This document shows, piece by piece, positions 1-14,764 of a stretch of DNA of 64,000 bases. The DNA is from Anaeramoeba ignava BMAN (taxonomy: Eukaryota; Protista; Anaeramoebae): positions 220,622 through 284,621 of the forward strand of contig JAPDFW010000093.1 of NCBI GenBank assembly GCA_028826165.1. Direction: 5' to 3'. The position numbers and the translations under genes were made by a program. Within the stretch, counting starts at the first letter, position 1. Every line of letters begins with the position of its first letter. The notes under the pieces are model-generated. The model worked only from the letters and a program-made list of their open reading frames with translations, had not been told where the DNA came from and did no database searches.

Positions 1-2647
1 TTTATCTATTATGATTGGTTTATTAATGCCTTTAGTTGCAAATATTCTTCCTATTCGTGTACATAAATCAAAATTCAAAATTAAAAATTAAAATCATAAA
101 TCAAAATTCAAAATTAAATCAAAATTTAAATATTTTAGAAAGTATTGGCTAAAAGACTTCGTGATTCTTTAGATATTTATCACGAAAGCTTTTCTGATGT
201 GATTGTTACAATGGTAAAACTTGCAAAATTGCGTATTTCAGTCGGACAGACATTAGTATCTTTATTATTAGTTGTTACAGGAGTTGTTTTTTATTATGGA
301 ATTCCTTTAACGTTTATTTATCTGAATTTTTCTGGATTTTTTGCAATATTCATATCAATTTTAATTGGTAATTCAAATAAAAATATATATTTCAATTCGA
401 TTCAATTCAAATCAAAAATGAATTTAATCAATTATTCATTTATTTTTTATCGAAAAACAAAGGTTTGTTATTTGGTTTATCTCTTGTTGGTCAAGTTTTT
501 CAACCTTTTTTGGAAAAATTATTTGTGTATTTAATTGTTTGGGGAAAAGATTTACATTTAAGATTATTAGTAAAGAAAAATCTTGCATCTCATCGAAAAA
601 GAAACAAAAAAACAGCTGTTATTTTTACAACAGTTCTTGCTTTTATGTATTTTTTTTATAAAAGAAAAAGAAAGAAAGAAAGAAAGAAAGAAAATATTTA
701 ATTTAAATTCTTTTTATTCTCTTTTATTTAAATCAAGAATATTTTCTGGTTCATTAAGTGTTCTTTATTCAGTTTCAATGAAAAAGCAAATCCAAATGCT
801 TTTTGGTTCAGATATTGTTCTTCAATCGTTAAATATTCATGATCCATTAAACAAAGATGATTATATTTCTTATCTTGAAGATGCAAAAAAATATTATCCA
901 ATAGATTCTTTTGCTTGTATTATTTAATTTTCTTTTAAGATATTAAAAAATCCTTTTATTAAAAATGTTCAAAATTATCAATTTAATTTTTATTAATTTA
1001 TCAAATTTCTAGTTACGACATTTCCTTTTTCAAGTAATGATTTTATTGATTGGACTTCAGTAACAAATTTACCAGAATCTCGTTATTTTGAGGCTGTAAT
1101 TTAAAATTCATTTAAAAATTTAAAATTCATTTAAAAAATTAAAATTTAAATTAAAAATTAGCTACTGTATGGCTTAGAGGAATATTTTCTAGAATCAACA
1201 TATTCAGAATTTTTTGTGATCAAAAATTACACAAAACAATTTAATTATGACAAAGTTGGAAAAGTAAAAAATATAGTAAAAAGTTTATATACAGATGCTG
1301 GTAAACAAAAAATATCAGTTGATTCTGATTTTTCAATTCCAGAAGATACAGTTTCAGGGGAAATTCTTCCTGGATTTTATTATGTTGATTACAAATCACC
1401 AAATCAAACAATAATAAAACCTGATGAAAATAATTCACTAAATAGTATTAATGTTTATCAAAGAAGTGATGATGATTTATATATTAATTATTTAGATGTT
1501 ATTCTTGGTCAATCTTTAGTAAACAAGAAATCATCATAAAAAAACAACAATCATTTGGAAATTTTATTATTATTATTATTATTATTTTTGCAATTATTTA
1601 TTAGCATCTTTCTCTTGCAATTACTCCAGATTCTCCTATAAGAATTGATAATGAAATTGGAATTTCACAATTTAATAAAACTTATCTTGTTTCTCTTGCA
1701 AAAATTCGTTCAATGAATTCTCAATGTCCTGGTTATTTTCTTTCTTCTTATCAAATGTTTGCATTATCATCTCCTGCATTTACTTCTATTCCAGAATATT
1801 TGAATTTATTAAATTTATCTGCAGAAATTTACAATAATGTATGTATTAATAAAAAATATATTCCATAATCAATAAAAAATAATCAATAATAAAAATATAT
1901 TAAATAAATAGGCAACAGGATCTAATTATTCATATACTTCTGCTCCTATTGAAAGATTATTTGTTAAAATGAAATCTGATGCATCTAATGATAATTTAAT
2001 TGATGTTTTAAATGGGATAAAAAGTGTTAAAAACTCTAATTTTTATGTTTATTTTAATACTCCTGCAATTGTAGATTCTGCATCAGTTGCAATTAATGGT
2101 TTATTGATATTCTTCAATATTGTTTCTGTAGTTGCATTAATTTTATGTTTCTTTGTACTTTGGTTATCTTTTATAGCAAATATTCGTGAAAATTCATGGG
2201 AATTTGGAGTTTTAAGAGCAATTGGAATTAGTGTACAAAATAATTTTCGATTTAAATAATTTTAAATACTTAATTTAATTTTTCAATTTAAATATTTAAA
2301 AGGGAAATCAAGCTGCAAGAATTTATATTTATGAAGCCTTTTGTCTTGTTTTATCTTGTATTTTACTTGGATCTATTATCGGTTTGATTCAAATAAATTC
2401 AAAAAGAAAATTTAAATTAATCAAAAAATTTTTTAAATTAATCAAAAAAACAGGAATTTTGATTGCAATCACTATATTTTTACAATACTTATTATTTACA
2501 GAAATGGCATTTGAATTTTTATTTCCAAATACACTTTATTTTTCAGTTATTGGAATGTCTTTAGCAGTTGCATTTTTAGCTTCATATCTTTCATTAAGAA
2601 CTTTAAAGAAAAAAACAATTGCAGTTGTTCTTCGAGGAAAATTTTAA
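1..2647 (+). CDS. FtsX/MacB-type ABC transporter permease (5' end outside window; 8 introns visible)
   Basis: Manual splicing at GT-AG sites (e.g. introns 59-138 and 368-462) gives a continuous multi-TM protein. It contains the FtsX-like motifs 'KKNLASHRKRNKKTAVIF' and 'NIRENSWEFGVLRAIGIS-GNQAARIYIYEAF'. TAA stop at 2645-2647. Confidence 0.8.
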
Positions 2648-3086
2648 ATTTTTAGATTGAATTTTTAAATCAATTTTGAATTGAATTTTAAATTTTTAAA
2701 TTGAATTTTAAATCAAATTTTGAATTGAATTTTGAATTAAATTTTTAAATTGAATTTTAAATTGAATTTTGGATTGAATTTTGAATTGAATTCTGGATTA
2801 AATTTTAAATTGAATTTTGGATTAAATTTTAAATTAAATTTTGAATTGAATTTTAAATTTAGATTTTAAATTGAATTTTAAATTAAATTCTAAATTAAAT
2901 TTTAAATTGAATTTTGGATTAAATTCTAAATTTAGATTTTAAATTTAGATTTTAAAACAGAAAGAAAAATAATAAAAAGAAAAAGATTTGAGAAAAAAAA
3001 ATTTTAAATAAAAAAAAATTAAAAAATTGATTTTTTATTTTTCATTTTTTTACTTTTTCATTTATTTTTTTAATTAAAATAATAAA

Positions 3087-6000
3087 ATGATTCTGAATGA
3101 AACAAATGAATTTGAAAAATTTCAAAAATTAGAAACTTCACATCAAATTTATTTTCGTAATTAATTAATTAAAAAAAAAAATTAATTAAAAATTAATTAA
3201 AAATTAATTTAAAAAAAATTGGCAAAAAAAAAAAGAAAATCAAAAAAAAGAAAAAGCAAAAGAAAATCTTGATTGGATTGAACCAAATTTAAGTTTTGTT
3301 CAATTTGAAATTAATGATTTAGCTAAAAATATTTCACAAAATAAAAATAATTCACATAAAATTCCAAAAAGTGAATCGAAACCAAAAAAAAATTATTTCT
3401 TTACTCCAAAATTTTCAAATCCAGTTGATGTTTCAGTATTTTTTCCAAAAGAAAACACAAAAAAAATAACGGAACCAAATTTATCAAAAGAAAAACAAGA
3501 AAAACAAGAAAAACAAAAACAAGATAATTTAGAAAAACAAATAAAAGAAGTAAAAATACAAAATAATATAAATTTCCAACAAGAAAAGGATAACGATAAT
3601 TCACAATTTGATCTACAAAATATGAGAAAATCAAAATCAATTCATTTTCAAACTAATTCTCGTTTTACAAGAAATTTGGAGAAAAAAAGAAATTTCCAAA
3701 AAAAAACAATGGCAAAATTATCAAAAATTAGTTTATCAGAAGAAATTCATTCAAAAAATAGAGTTGAACAAATATTAAAATTAACCAAAAAAAGAATTGA
3801 AAATCAAAATGAAAATGAAAATGAAAATGAAAATGAAAATGAAAATGAAAATCAAAATCAAAATGAAAATCAAATTGAAAATGAAAATGAAAATCAAAAT
3901 CAAAATCAAATTCAAATTCAAATTGAAAATCAAATTGAAAATCAAATTGAAAATGAAAATCAAATTGAAAATGAAAATCAAATTGAAAATAAAATTGAAA
4001 ATCAAAATGAAAATCAAATTGAAAATCAAATTGAAAATCAAAATCAAAATCAAAATCAAAATCAAAATCAAAATCAAAATCAAATTGAAAATGAAAATGA
4101 AAATGAAAATGAAAATGAAAATGAAAATCAAATTAAAAATCAAATTGAAAATCAAAATAAAATTGAAAATCAAAATCAAAATCAAAATCAAATTGAAAAT
4201 CAAATTGAAAATAAAAATCAAAATCAAAATCAAAATCAAAATCAAAATCAAAATCAAATTCGAAAATAAAATTGAAAATCAAAATCAAAATCAAAATAAA
4301 AATCAAAATCAAATTGAAAATCAAATTCAAAATCAAAATCAAAATCAAAATAAAATTGAAAATCAAAATAAAAATCAAAATCAAAATCAAATTAAAAATC
4401 AAAATCAAAATCAAAATCAAATTGAAAACGAAATGGAAATTGAAAATAAATCTTTGGAAGAAATTCTAAGTGATAAACTTGCTCTTGCTTATTTTGATCA
4501 ATTTCTTCATGAACAATATTCAAGCGAAAATTTACATTTTTATAATTCAGTTTGCAAATACAGAACAATACTTGATCCAGTTGAAAGATCATCTGTTGGA
4601 CAATTAATATTTAACAAAGTAAAACAAATTAAATGAAGGAAAAAAAAAAGGAATGTTTTTTTATTGATTGATTAATTTAAATTTGAATTTATTTTTGTTT
4701 GTATTTTTATTTGGGGAATATTTAGTACATTTCGGAATTATCGCCTTATGAAACGAATTTAAATTCAACTACAAAACAAAAAATCAAGAAAAATATTGAA
4801 TTACAAGGATATAAAGAGGATCTTTTTGATGAAGCTTCTGATCACATATATTCTGTAATGAACAGACATTCACTTCCGTTATTTCTGAAATCAATTCATT
4901 GGATGCATTTCCATAAAGATCTTGAATTATTAGCAAGAAATAAAAAGCCAAGAGGCCCTATTACAGAGAAGGATCATATATTTGAATTGTTTGTAAATAA
5001 GCAAAAACAATACACAGAAAAATTGAAGTGGTTCGAACAAAAAGTGATCGAGATCATCTCAAGGAAAATTTTATTTGAAAACTTCCCATTTTTATCGGGT
5101 CTTCTTATCCAGTATCAAGCTATCGGTGATATCAATGAGAAGTTTACAAATGTTCTGCTTATGAAAAGAACGGAATGGACTTATGAAACAGAATTTTCTG
5201 ATTTATTTGCAAGTCATTTCAAATCTTTTACGAATTTGATTCAAGGATATTTTCGCAATTTACAAAAATCAGATGAAGAACTGGAAAAATTAAAAGAGAT
5301 GAAATTAATCAAATCTTTATTGAAAAAAATAAAAACAGTTCGTGATATGAAGGAACTGCTATTCAAGCCTATTAGACTATTATATCGTCTTTTATTAGTT
5401 CTGAAGAAATTTGTGAGAGCAATTCCCGAAGATAATCAAGATCATTTGCCAATGAACTATATCCAACAGGAAGTGGAATCGCAAATCATGCCAATCGTTC
5501 AAGATCAGCTTTTGGAGCAAAAATTTGAGGAGGAAGAATTGGCAAAATTGAAGAAAATGCATTTAATTAGAGATGGAGTTGGAATTGTGAAAAAGTATCA
5601 ACCAAATGCAAAATTTGAAGGAAAAACAATTCATTTATTACTATTTCAAGAGAAATTATGCTGGATTTTTGAGGAATTTGGAAGGGATAATAATAACAAT
5701 AACAATAATAACAATAATGGAAATGATATTGATGATATTGATGATATTGATGATATTGATGATATTGATAATATGGATAATATGGATAAGCAAAAATTAC
5801 GCAAAAAAAAAAAAGAAAATAAACCCAAATTTCATATTGATCAAGAAGTAAACTTGGATTGTATTTGGATTGATAAAAACCCTGAAGGATTTAAATTTAG
5901 TCGAGAACAAATCCTTCAAATTCGCGCACCGAATATCAATTTGATTATCACAATCAGCGATGTTAGTGATTGGATTGCTGATATAAGTTGCGCAGTTGCA

Positions 6001-7463
6001 TCTCAATTAGGATTGGATTGCTTCGAAAGCTTGATTTTACAAGAAAGAACAGGGGATTTCAAATTGCCTGATCACAGCTTGTATCAAGGAAAAATCAAAG
6101 AAGGAGAAATGGTTGGATTTGGAAGGCTAGTTTATCCTAATGAATCAATTTACGAAGGCAACTTTGTTCATAATGAAAAAAATGGAGAAGGAAAATTCAC
6201 GTTTCCTAACGGAGATGTTATCATCTCATCTTTTAAACAAGGAATGCCTAATGGAAATGGAGAGCTCCATTTTGCTCATGGCACAAAATTTGTTGGTCAG
6301 TTTGTAAATGGGAAGATATCAGGAAAAGGGAAATTTCAGTTTTTGGATCACTCATCTTATTCAGGAGATTTGCAAAATGGCAAAATTGAGGGAGAAGGTG
6401 TGTTTGTTTATGCAAATAGAGATATTTATCAAGGGAAATTTGTGGATAACCAAAAATGCGGTTTTGGGGAATTGATTCAATCAAATGGAAATGTTTATCG
6501 TGGAAATTGGGAAAATGACCGCAAAAATGGAAAAGGAAAAATGATTTATAATAATGGTGATATTTATGATGGAAGTTGGAAAAATGATTTGGTTTGTTCC
6601 AAAAAAAAAAAAATAATAATAATAATAATAATAAAAAAGGAATAACATTTTTTTGTTGAATTGAAAATGTAGAGAAACGGAGAAGGTAGTTTTATTACAA
6701 AAAAGAATAAATATCAAGGAAATTGGAGCAATAATCTAAAATCGGGAAAAGGAAAGATGGAATATTCAAATGATAAATTTTATGAAGGAAATTGGAAAAA
6801 TGGATATAGAGAAGGTTTTGGATTATTCATCAATTTAAATATAGAATATATAGGGAATTGGTAAAAAAACCAAAAATAATAATATAATTCAATTCAATTT
6901 ATATTCAATTTATATTCAATTTATATTCAATTTTTATAGGTTAACTAATTTACCAAATGGAAAAGGTGTTTTGAAAATTTATGAAGAAAAATTGAATATC
7001 AAAGAATATCATAATCCAAAATTCAAAAAACCGCAAGTAATTGAGCAATATGAAGGAAATTTCCAAGATGGAATATTGGAAGGATTGATCAAAATGAATA
7101 AATTTGGAGGTTTTGAATTTTATGGAAAAATGAAACAAGGAAATGTATGAAAAAAACAAATCAAATCAAATCAAAACAAAACAAAACAGAAATTATTCAT
7201 TTATTTACTTTTTGTTTTTTAAGTTTGAAGGATTAGGGAAATTTTCTTTTAAAAATCAAGCAATAATTGAATGTGAATGGAAATCAAATGAAGTGAAGAA
7301 AAATTCATATTCTTTATCTTATTCAGAAAAAACAACAAAAAATTTAAATAGAAAAGAAGAAGAAGAATATTTCTTTTTAAAACATTACAATTCTGAAAAA
7401 ACAAATTTAGACTTAAATTTATGGTTGATTTCTCCACAAGAACCAAAAATTTTTCAATTTTAA
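3087..7463 (+). CDS. RGS domain + degenerate DH-PH + MORN-repeat protein (5 introns; N-terminal N/Q/E/I repeat)
   Basis: ATG 3087; introns include 3157-3235, 4619-4725 and 6592-6672. RGS signature 'LEEILSDKLALAYFDQFLHEQYSSENLHFY...YISELSPYETNL...LFDEASDHIYSVMNRHSLPLFLKS'. DH-like 'LLFKPIRLLYRLLLVLKKFV'. Many MORN repeats 'YEGNFVHNEKNGEGKFTFPNG'. One +1 indel at ~4261. Confidence 0.8.
3797..4445 (+). repeat. Coding hexamer microsatellite (GAAAAT/CAAAAT/ATTGAA)n encoding ENEN/QNQN/QIEN
   Basis: Directly visible; in frame with the flanking unique coding sequence. Confidence 0.9.
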
Positions 7464-7552
7464 AGAATCAAAAAAAAACAACAAAATGGAATTTTATTTG
7501 TTTTTAGTTTTATTTAAAAAATAAAAAATTGAAAGAATAAAAAAAAAGTTTT

Positions 7553-9004
7553 TTAAATGAAATAAGTTTCAAGTTCATCAACATTCCAATTACTATAAGA
7601 ACCAGCTAAATAATTTTCAGCCTCTTTTGTTTCTTGTTGAATTCCATCAGGAAGATGATAAGTATATCCAATATTTGAATAACCAGATTGTAAATTAGAA
7701 AGTAAACCAAAATCTCTTCCTCTTCCAAAAACTGGACCTCTTTCTGAATAATTGTAGAAAATTGAATATTGTTGGTTTTCTTTCTTAATTTTAAATTTTT
7801 CTGATTTTCTATCATTCTTATCATTTCTTAATGAAAAAATAAATGCATTTGGATCAATGATATATCCAAAATATCCATTTCGATTTTCTTTTCTCCATTT
7901 TGATTTATCAGTTGTCCATCCAACTTGAGTGAATCCTCCAAAAATAAAATTATCTTTTGTTTTGATAATAACTAATGTTTTTCCTTTATTATCACAAATT
8001 GAATGCCATTTATTACAATCAAATCCATCTCTTTTTGCTGAAAATCCCAAATCCATTTTATAAAAGAATTCATCATCATTTATCCATTCTTTTAATTTCT
8101 TGAAATGTTCCTTTTCTTGAATAATTAGAGATTTGAATCTAACTCTTGGTTGAAAAATTAATGAGTTTTCATTTTCATTTTGAATAAATTGATCTAATTC
8201 TTTTTTATCATTTTGTTTTTGAAGTTTTTGGAATTGAATTAATTTTTGTGAAATTTGATTTGGAATTAAATCTTCTTTCAAAGTATCTTCAATTTCTTGT
8301 TCTGAAAAATCAATAAATCTGATTTTATCAATAAAATTTGAAATTTGATTTTGTAATTTTTCTTTTTCTTGATTAATATTTAATTTATGTTTTCCCCATT
8401 TTATTATTGCTTGAAATAGTTCAAATTCATTTATTCGGATTTTATCATTTGATAATATTGAATTTAAATGATTTTCTTCAAGTTCAAGAAAAAATGAAGT
8501 TTCGATAAGTTCTGTAAAATTTTGCAAAATAAATTGATAAGAAGAATCAAATAGTTCGTTTAAATTCATTGATTCAGATAATTTAAGAACATCAACAATG
8601 GTTTCAATTTGTAAATTGTTTTTGATAAATTTTAAAGAAATTTGAATTAATTCATCAATAAAATATTTTGAAGAAAAAATTAAAATTTCAACTGCATTTT
8701 CCAAATTAATTTCAATTTTTCCTGAATAAAAGTAATTCAAAATTGAAGATAGAGCAAAACTTGAAAAATCTTTTAGAATTAATCTATTTTCTTGGTATTC
8801 TTTCATTTTTGATTTAAAAAGAGATTTAAAATATTGACTTCTTGAAGAAAGAATTGATTTATGAGTTTTGAATGAAGTTTTATTTTGTTCACAAATTATT
8901 TCAAAATCAAAATAACTTTCATTTTCATTTTCATTTTGATTTTGATTTTGAAATAAATTTTTTAAATCATTTGAAAGTTTTTCTAAATTTAAATAAGTTT
9001 CCAT
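7553..9004 (-). CDS. BTB/POZ-BACK-TLDc protein, copy 1 (intronless, 483 aa)
   Basis: BTB 'FDFEIIC...FKTHKSILSSRSQYFKSLFKSKMKE'; BACK 'NEFELFQAIIKW'; TLDc 'FSAKRDGFDCNKWHSICDNKGKTLVIIKTKDNFIFGGFT...GPVFG...ELETY'. Confidence 0.9.
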   Translation of the reverse strand: METYLNLEKLSNDLKNLFQNQNQNENENESYFDFEIICEQNKTSFKTHKSILSSRSQYFKSLFKSKMKEYQENRLILKDFSSFALSSILNYFYSGKIEINLENAVEILIFSSKYFIDELIQISLKFIKNNLQIETIVDVLKLSESMNLNELFDSSYQFILQNFTELIETSFFLELEENHLNSILSNDKIRINEFELFQAIIKWGKHKLNINQEKEKLQNQISNFIDKIRFIDFSEQEIEDTLKEDLIPNQISQKLIQFQKLQKQNDKKELDQFIQNENENSLIFQPRVRFKSLIIQEKEHFKKLKEWINDDEFFYKMDLGFSAKRDGFDCNKWHSICDNKGKTLVIIKTKDNFIFGGFTQVGWTTDKSKWRKENRNGYFGYIIDPNAFIFSLRNDKNDRKSEKFKIKKENQQYSIFYNYSERGPVFGRGRDFGLLSNLQSGYSNIGYTYHLPDGIQQETKEAENYLAGSYSNWNVDELETYFI

Positions 9005-9043
9005 TTTGAATAAAAAAATGAAAAAAAAAAATGAAAACTTAAA

Positions 9044-11040
9044 AATTATTTAGAAATTAATTTAAAATAAATTTATTAATAAATTATTTATTATTACAAT
9101 TAATAATTTTTGAAATAATTATAATTAAATATTTTAATTAAATTATTATTTTAAAATTTAATTTATTTTGAATTAATATTTAATTTAGAAATTATTTAGA
9201 AATTAATTTAAAATAAATTTATTAATAAATTATTTATTATTACAATTAATATTTTTGAAATAATTTTAATTAAATATTTTAATTAAATTATTATTTAAAT
9301 TTTGATTTATTTTGAATAAATATTTAATTTGAAAATTATTTAGAAATTAATTTAAGATAAATTTAATAATAAATTATTAATTATTATAATTAATAATTTT
9401 GAGATCAGTTTTTATTAAGAATTGATTAATTTTTGTTTTTAATTAAATTTATTTTAAATAAATATTTAATTTAGAAATTATTTAGAAATTAATTTAAAAT
9501 AAATTTATTAATAAATTATTTATTATTATTATTAATAATTTTGAAATAATTATAATTAAATATTTTAATTAAATTATTATTTAAATTTTGATTTATTTTG
9601 AATAAATATTTAATTTGGAAATTATTTAGAAATTAATTTTAAAATAAATTTATTAATAAATTATTTATTATTATAATTAATAATTTTGAGATCAATTTTA
9701 TTAAATATTTTAATTAATTTTTCTTTAAAAATTTAATTTATTTTTGAATAAATATTTAATTTGTAAATTATTTAGAAATTAATTTAAAATAAATTTAATG
9801 ATAAATTATTTATTATTACAATTAATATTTTTGAAATAATTTTAATTAAATATTTTAATTAAATTATTATTTAAAATTTAATTTGTTTTGAATAAATATT
9901 TAATTTGGAAATTATTTAGAAATTAATTTAAAATAAATTTAATGATAAATTATTTATTATTACAATTAATATTTTTGAAATAATTATAATTAAATATTTT
10001 AATTAAATTATTATTTTAATTTTAATTTATTTTAAATAAATATTTAATTTAGAAATTATTTAGAAATTAATTTAAAATAAATTTATTGATAAATTATTTA
10101 TTATTATTAATATTTTTGAGATCAGTTTTATTAAGAATTTTTAATTTAATTTATTTTGAATAAATATTTAATTTAGAAATTATTTAGAAATTAATTTAAA
10201 ATAAATTTAATAATAAATTATTTATTATTATAATTAATATTTATGAAATAATTATGAAATAATTTTAATTAAATATTTTAATTAAATTATTATTTAAATT
10301 TTAATTTATTTTGAATTAATATTTAATTTGGAAATTATTTAGAAATTAATTTATAATAAATTTATTAATAAATTATTTATTATTATTAATATTTTTGGGA
10401 TCAGTTTTATTAAGAATTTATTAATTTTTTGCTTTTAAATTTAATTTATTTTGAATTAATATTTAATTTAGAAATTATTTAGAAATTAATTTAAAATAAA
10501 TTTATTGATAAATTGTTTATTATTATTATTAATATTTTTGAAATAATTATAATTAAATATTTTAATTAAATTATTATTTAAAATTTTAATTTATTTTGAA
10601 TAAATATTTAATTTGGAAATTATTTAGAAATTAATTTATAATAAATTTATTAATAAATTATTTATTATTATTATTAATATTTTTGAGATCAGTTTTATTA
10701 AGAATTTATTAATTTTTTTTGCTTTTAATTTTAATTTAATTTGAATTAATATTTAATTTGGAAATTATTTAGAAATTAATTTAAAATAAATTTAATAATA
10801 AATTATTTATTATTATTATTAATAATTATGAAATAATTATGAAATAATTTTAATTAAATATTTTAATTAAATTATTATTTAAATTTTAATTTATTTTGAA
10901 TTAATATTTAATTTGGAAATTATTTATAAATTAATTTAAGATAAATTTAATGATAAATTGTTTATTATTATTATTAATATTTTTGGGATCAGTTTTATTA
11001 AGAATTGATTAATTTTTTTTGCTTTTAATTTTAATTTATT
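9044..11040. repeat. AT-rich tandem array 1, ~14 copies, modal period 144-146 bp
   Basis: The G of the marker TTTAGAAATT recurs at 9053, 9199, 9343, 9485, 9629, 9775, 9919, 10063, 10187, 10342, 10482, 10627 and 10772. Confidence 0.9.
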
Positions 11041-11346
11041 TTTTTTGAAGCTTGAGTTTTCTTTTAAAAATAAAATAACAAGGAAATAAATTAAAATAAA
11101 TCGAATAAAATTGAATAAAAGAAAATAATTTTTAGATTAATTGATTTAAGTTTGTCCCGAATAAAAAAGTTTTTTGCCTGCTTTTCGAAATTTTAAAATA
11201 AATAAAAATAAAAAATAAAATTAAAAATAAAAAAGAGATCAATTTAAAATAAAAATAAAAATAAAAAAGAAATTTAATAAAGCAAAAAAATAAAGAAAAA
11301 ACTTAAAAAAATAAGAGATTATTAATAAATGACTAATTAAAATTGG

Positions 11347-11392
11347 TATAAAAGAAAAAAAAAATTTTTTTTTATTTTTCATTTTTCATTTT
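11347..11392 (+). promoter_or_regulatory. Putative TATA box (TATAAAAG) plus doubled Inr-like TTTTCATTTTTCATTTT upstream of actin 1
   Basis: TATAAAAG at 11347, with the A of TCA at 11381 (34 nt spacing). The same spacing is seen before actin 2 (24581/24615). Confidence 0.6.
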
Positions 11393-11499
11393 AAAAGAAA
11401 TATTTCTTTTATTTTGTAATTATTGATTAAAAAATTTAAAATAAAATAAAAATAATTTTATTGATTTAAAAATTATTAATTAAATTAAAAATAAAATAG

Positions 11500-12639
<1,140 letters not shown>

Positions 12640-12782
12640 ATAGCATTTTTTTTAAAAGAAATAATTTTCTTTTTTCTTTTTTCTTTTTTTTCATTTTTTT
12701 TGGAAGGAATCTTTTTAACTAATACTTCTTTAAAACAAAATTAAGGAAAATAAAACAAAAAATTTGGTTCTTCTTCAAAATA

Positions 12783-12962
12783 ATTTTTTAATTTTAATTT
12801 TAATTTTAATTCTAATTTTGATTTTAATTTGAATTTTAATTTTAATTTTAATTTTAATTTTAAATTTTAATTTTAATTTTAATTTTGATTTTAATTTTAA
12901 TTTTAATTTTAATTTTAATTTTAAATTTTAATTTTGATTTTAATTTTAATTTTAAATTTTAA
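12783..12962. repeat. (TTTTAA)n intergenic microsatellite; similar tracts at 14800-14930, 16745-16875, 18793-19325, 21110-21165 and 26020-26140
   Basis: Directly visible; these tracts separate every RCC1-BTB copy. Confidence 0.9.
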
Positions 12963-12964
12963 TA

Positions 12965-14764
12965 TTAATTTTGATTATTAAATTTGTTAATTAATAAATC
13001 AAATAAATTTGGATTTGTTTGATTTAATTGAAAATAATCAATTCCAATTTGAATTTCATTAATAATTTCTTTTGTAATTTGAATTTCATTTTTAATTTGA
13101 TTTGAATAAATCCAATATTCAAATATTTGGAATGATTTATTACTTAATTCACTATAATCTGTAACTTTATTTGATTTATCTTCAGTTACAGATAAAAACA
13201 TTCCTCGATATAATTCACTTCTCATTGTTAATATTAATTTTGGAAATTTATATTGTTTTTCTTTTCTTTCAATTATAAAATCTTTTTCATTTTCATTTTC
13301 ATTTAAATAAATTCTTTTCATTGTTTCTTCAATTTTTTCATTTGAATTTATAATTTCTTTAATTTCAGAATATAATTTTGGATTTATTATTTTGTTTGAA
13401 TAAATCATTTCAAATATTTGATTTGATTCTTTAATTGATTTTTTTGAAATAATTTCTTGAAGTTTTTCAATTTGATTTTCATTTTGATTTAATCTATATT
13501 TCAATATTAATTTATGAGCTTTAATTATTTCTTCATTTTTGGTTTTAAATGAAATATCACAAAATTCTTTTCTTTCAAATAGTTTTATCAAATCTTCTTC
13601 AAGATTGGAAAAAGAAAGAGGAGAATAATAAAGAAATGATTTTTTAATGCCACAAGAAATATGATAATTAGAAATATCTTCATTAAATCTTAATTTAGGA
13701 AGTTCAATTTGAATTGGAATTGGTTGATTTTTTGTATCTCCAGTTCCTAATTGACCATAAAAATTATCTCCAAATCCTATTAATTTTGAATTAGAAGTTA
13801 AAATCAAAGTATGCCTGTATCCAACAGAAAAATCAAGAATATTATCATTTTCAAATAAAGATGATTTGATTTCAGTAAATTCATAAGTATCTTCATATCT
13901 TTTGCCAAGTCCATTATATTGATAATTTCCACATGAATAAAGTTTTCTTTTTGGATTTTCATTTTCATTTTCATTTTCAATCAACATTATTGAATGACAA
14001 CTTCCACATTGAATATCAATTATTTTACCTTTTGGAATATTTTGGATTTTGGTTAATTTTGTGATATATTCTTTTCTTGATTCTCCTAATCCAAATTGGC
14101 CAGAACTGTTATCACCACATCCAAATAATTCTTGATTTGAATTTAAAAGAAAAACACGATTTGAAGAATTTCCTGAAAATATTTTAGAAACATTTTTCAT
14201 CATTAAAATTGGGTTTTCTGTTTTTTTAAGTGTTTCAGAATCAATTCCAAGTTGACCAAAATAATTTGAACCAATTCCATAAGCATTTTGATTTGAAGTT
14301 AATAAGTAAATTGAATAAATTCCAGAAACAATATCTTCAATTATTCTATTATTTGTATCTTCAATTAATGATGAAATATTGATAAATTCTTTTGGATTTT
14401 CTGAATTAATATCTTTTCCTTTGGCAAATACATTTCCTTCTATTGTTAAAATAGCTTCATTTTGACCACCAACAGTTATTTTTTGAATATTTTCTTCAAT
14501 TTGGATTTTTGAAGGATTTTGATTTAAATCATTTTCTTTTAAATATTCTATTGCTTTTCCATTTTTAAAAAGGAAAATTGTTGAAAAAAAACCTGATGAA
14601 ATTTGATTAATTTGTTTTTCATTTTCATTTTCATTTTCATTTTCATTTTCATTTTCATTTTCATTTTCAAATTTAAATTGAATTGGTTTTATTATTGACT
14701 CTGTTGTTTTATTTTTGATAAGTTTTGGATATTCATTTAAACCAAAAAATAAACAATCATTCAT
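12965..14764 (-). CDS. RCC1-repeat beta-propeller + BTB-like domains, copy A (599 aa, intact)
   Basis: RCC1 repeats 'AYGIGSNYFGQLG', 'IDIQCGSCHSIML' and 'SVGYRHTLILTSNSKLIGFGDNFYGQLGTG'. C-terminal BTB-like 'EFCDISFKT...IKAHKLILKYR' and 'KDFII...PKLILTMRSELYRGMF'. Confidence 0.88.
   Translation of the reverse strand: MNDCLFFGLNEYPKLIKNKTTESIIKPIQFKFENENENENENENENENEKQINQISSGFFSTIFLFKNGKAIEYLKENDLNQNPSKIQIEENIQKITVGGQNEAILTIEGNVFAKGKDINSENPKEFINISSLIEDTNNRIIEDIVSGIYSIYLLTSNQNAYGIGSNYFGQLGIDSETLKKTENPILMMKNVSKIFSGNSSNRVFLLNSNQELFGCGDNSSGQFGLGESRKEYITKLTKIQNIPKGKIIDIQCGSCHSIMLIENENENENPKRKLYSCGNYQYNGLGKRYEDTYEFTEIKSSLFENDNILDFSVGYRHTLILTSNSKLIGFGDNFYGQLGTGDTKNQPIPIQIELPKLRFNEDISNYHISCGIKKSFLYYSPLSFSNLEEDLIKLFERKEFCDISFKTKNEEIIKAHKLILKYRLNQNENQIEKLQEIISKKSIKESNQIFEMIYSNKIINPKLYSEIKEIINSNEKIEETMKRIYLNENENEKDFIIERKEKQYKFPKLILTMRSELYRGMFLSVTEDKSNKVTDYSELSNKSFQIFEYWIYSNQIKNEIQITKEIINEIQIGIDYFQLNQTNPNLFDLLINKFNNQN

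Noticed and set aside
9044-11040. Regularly spaced repeats as a CRISPR array (also 23090-24225, 33610-33893, 37965-39783)
   Set aside because: Whole units repeat with no unique spacers, there are no cas genes, and the context is eukaryotic.
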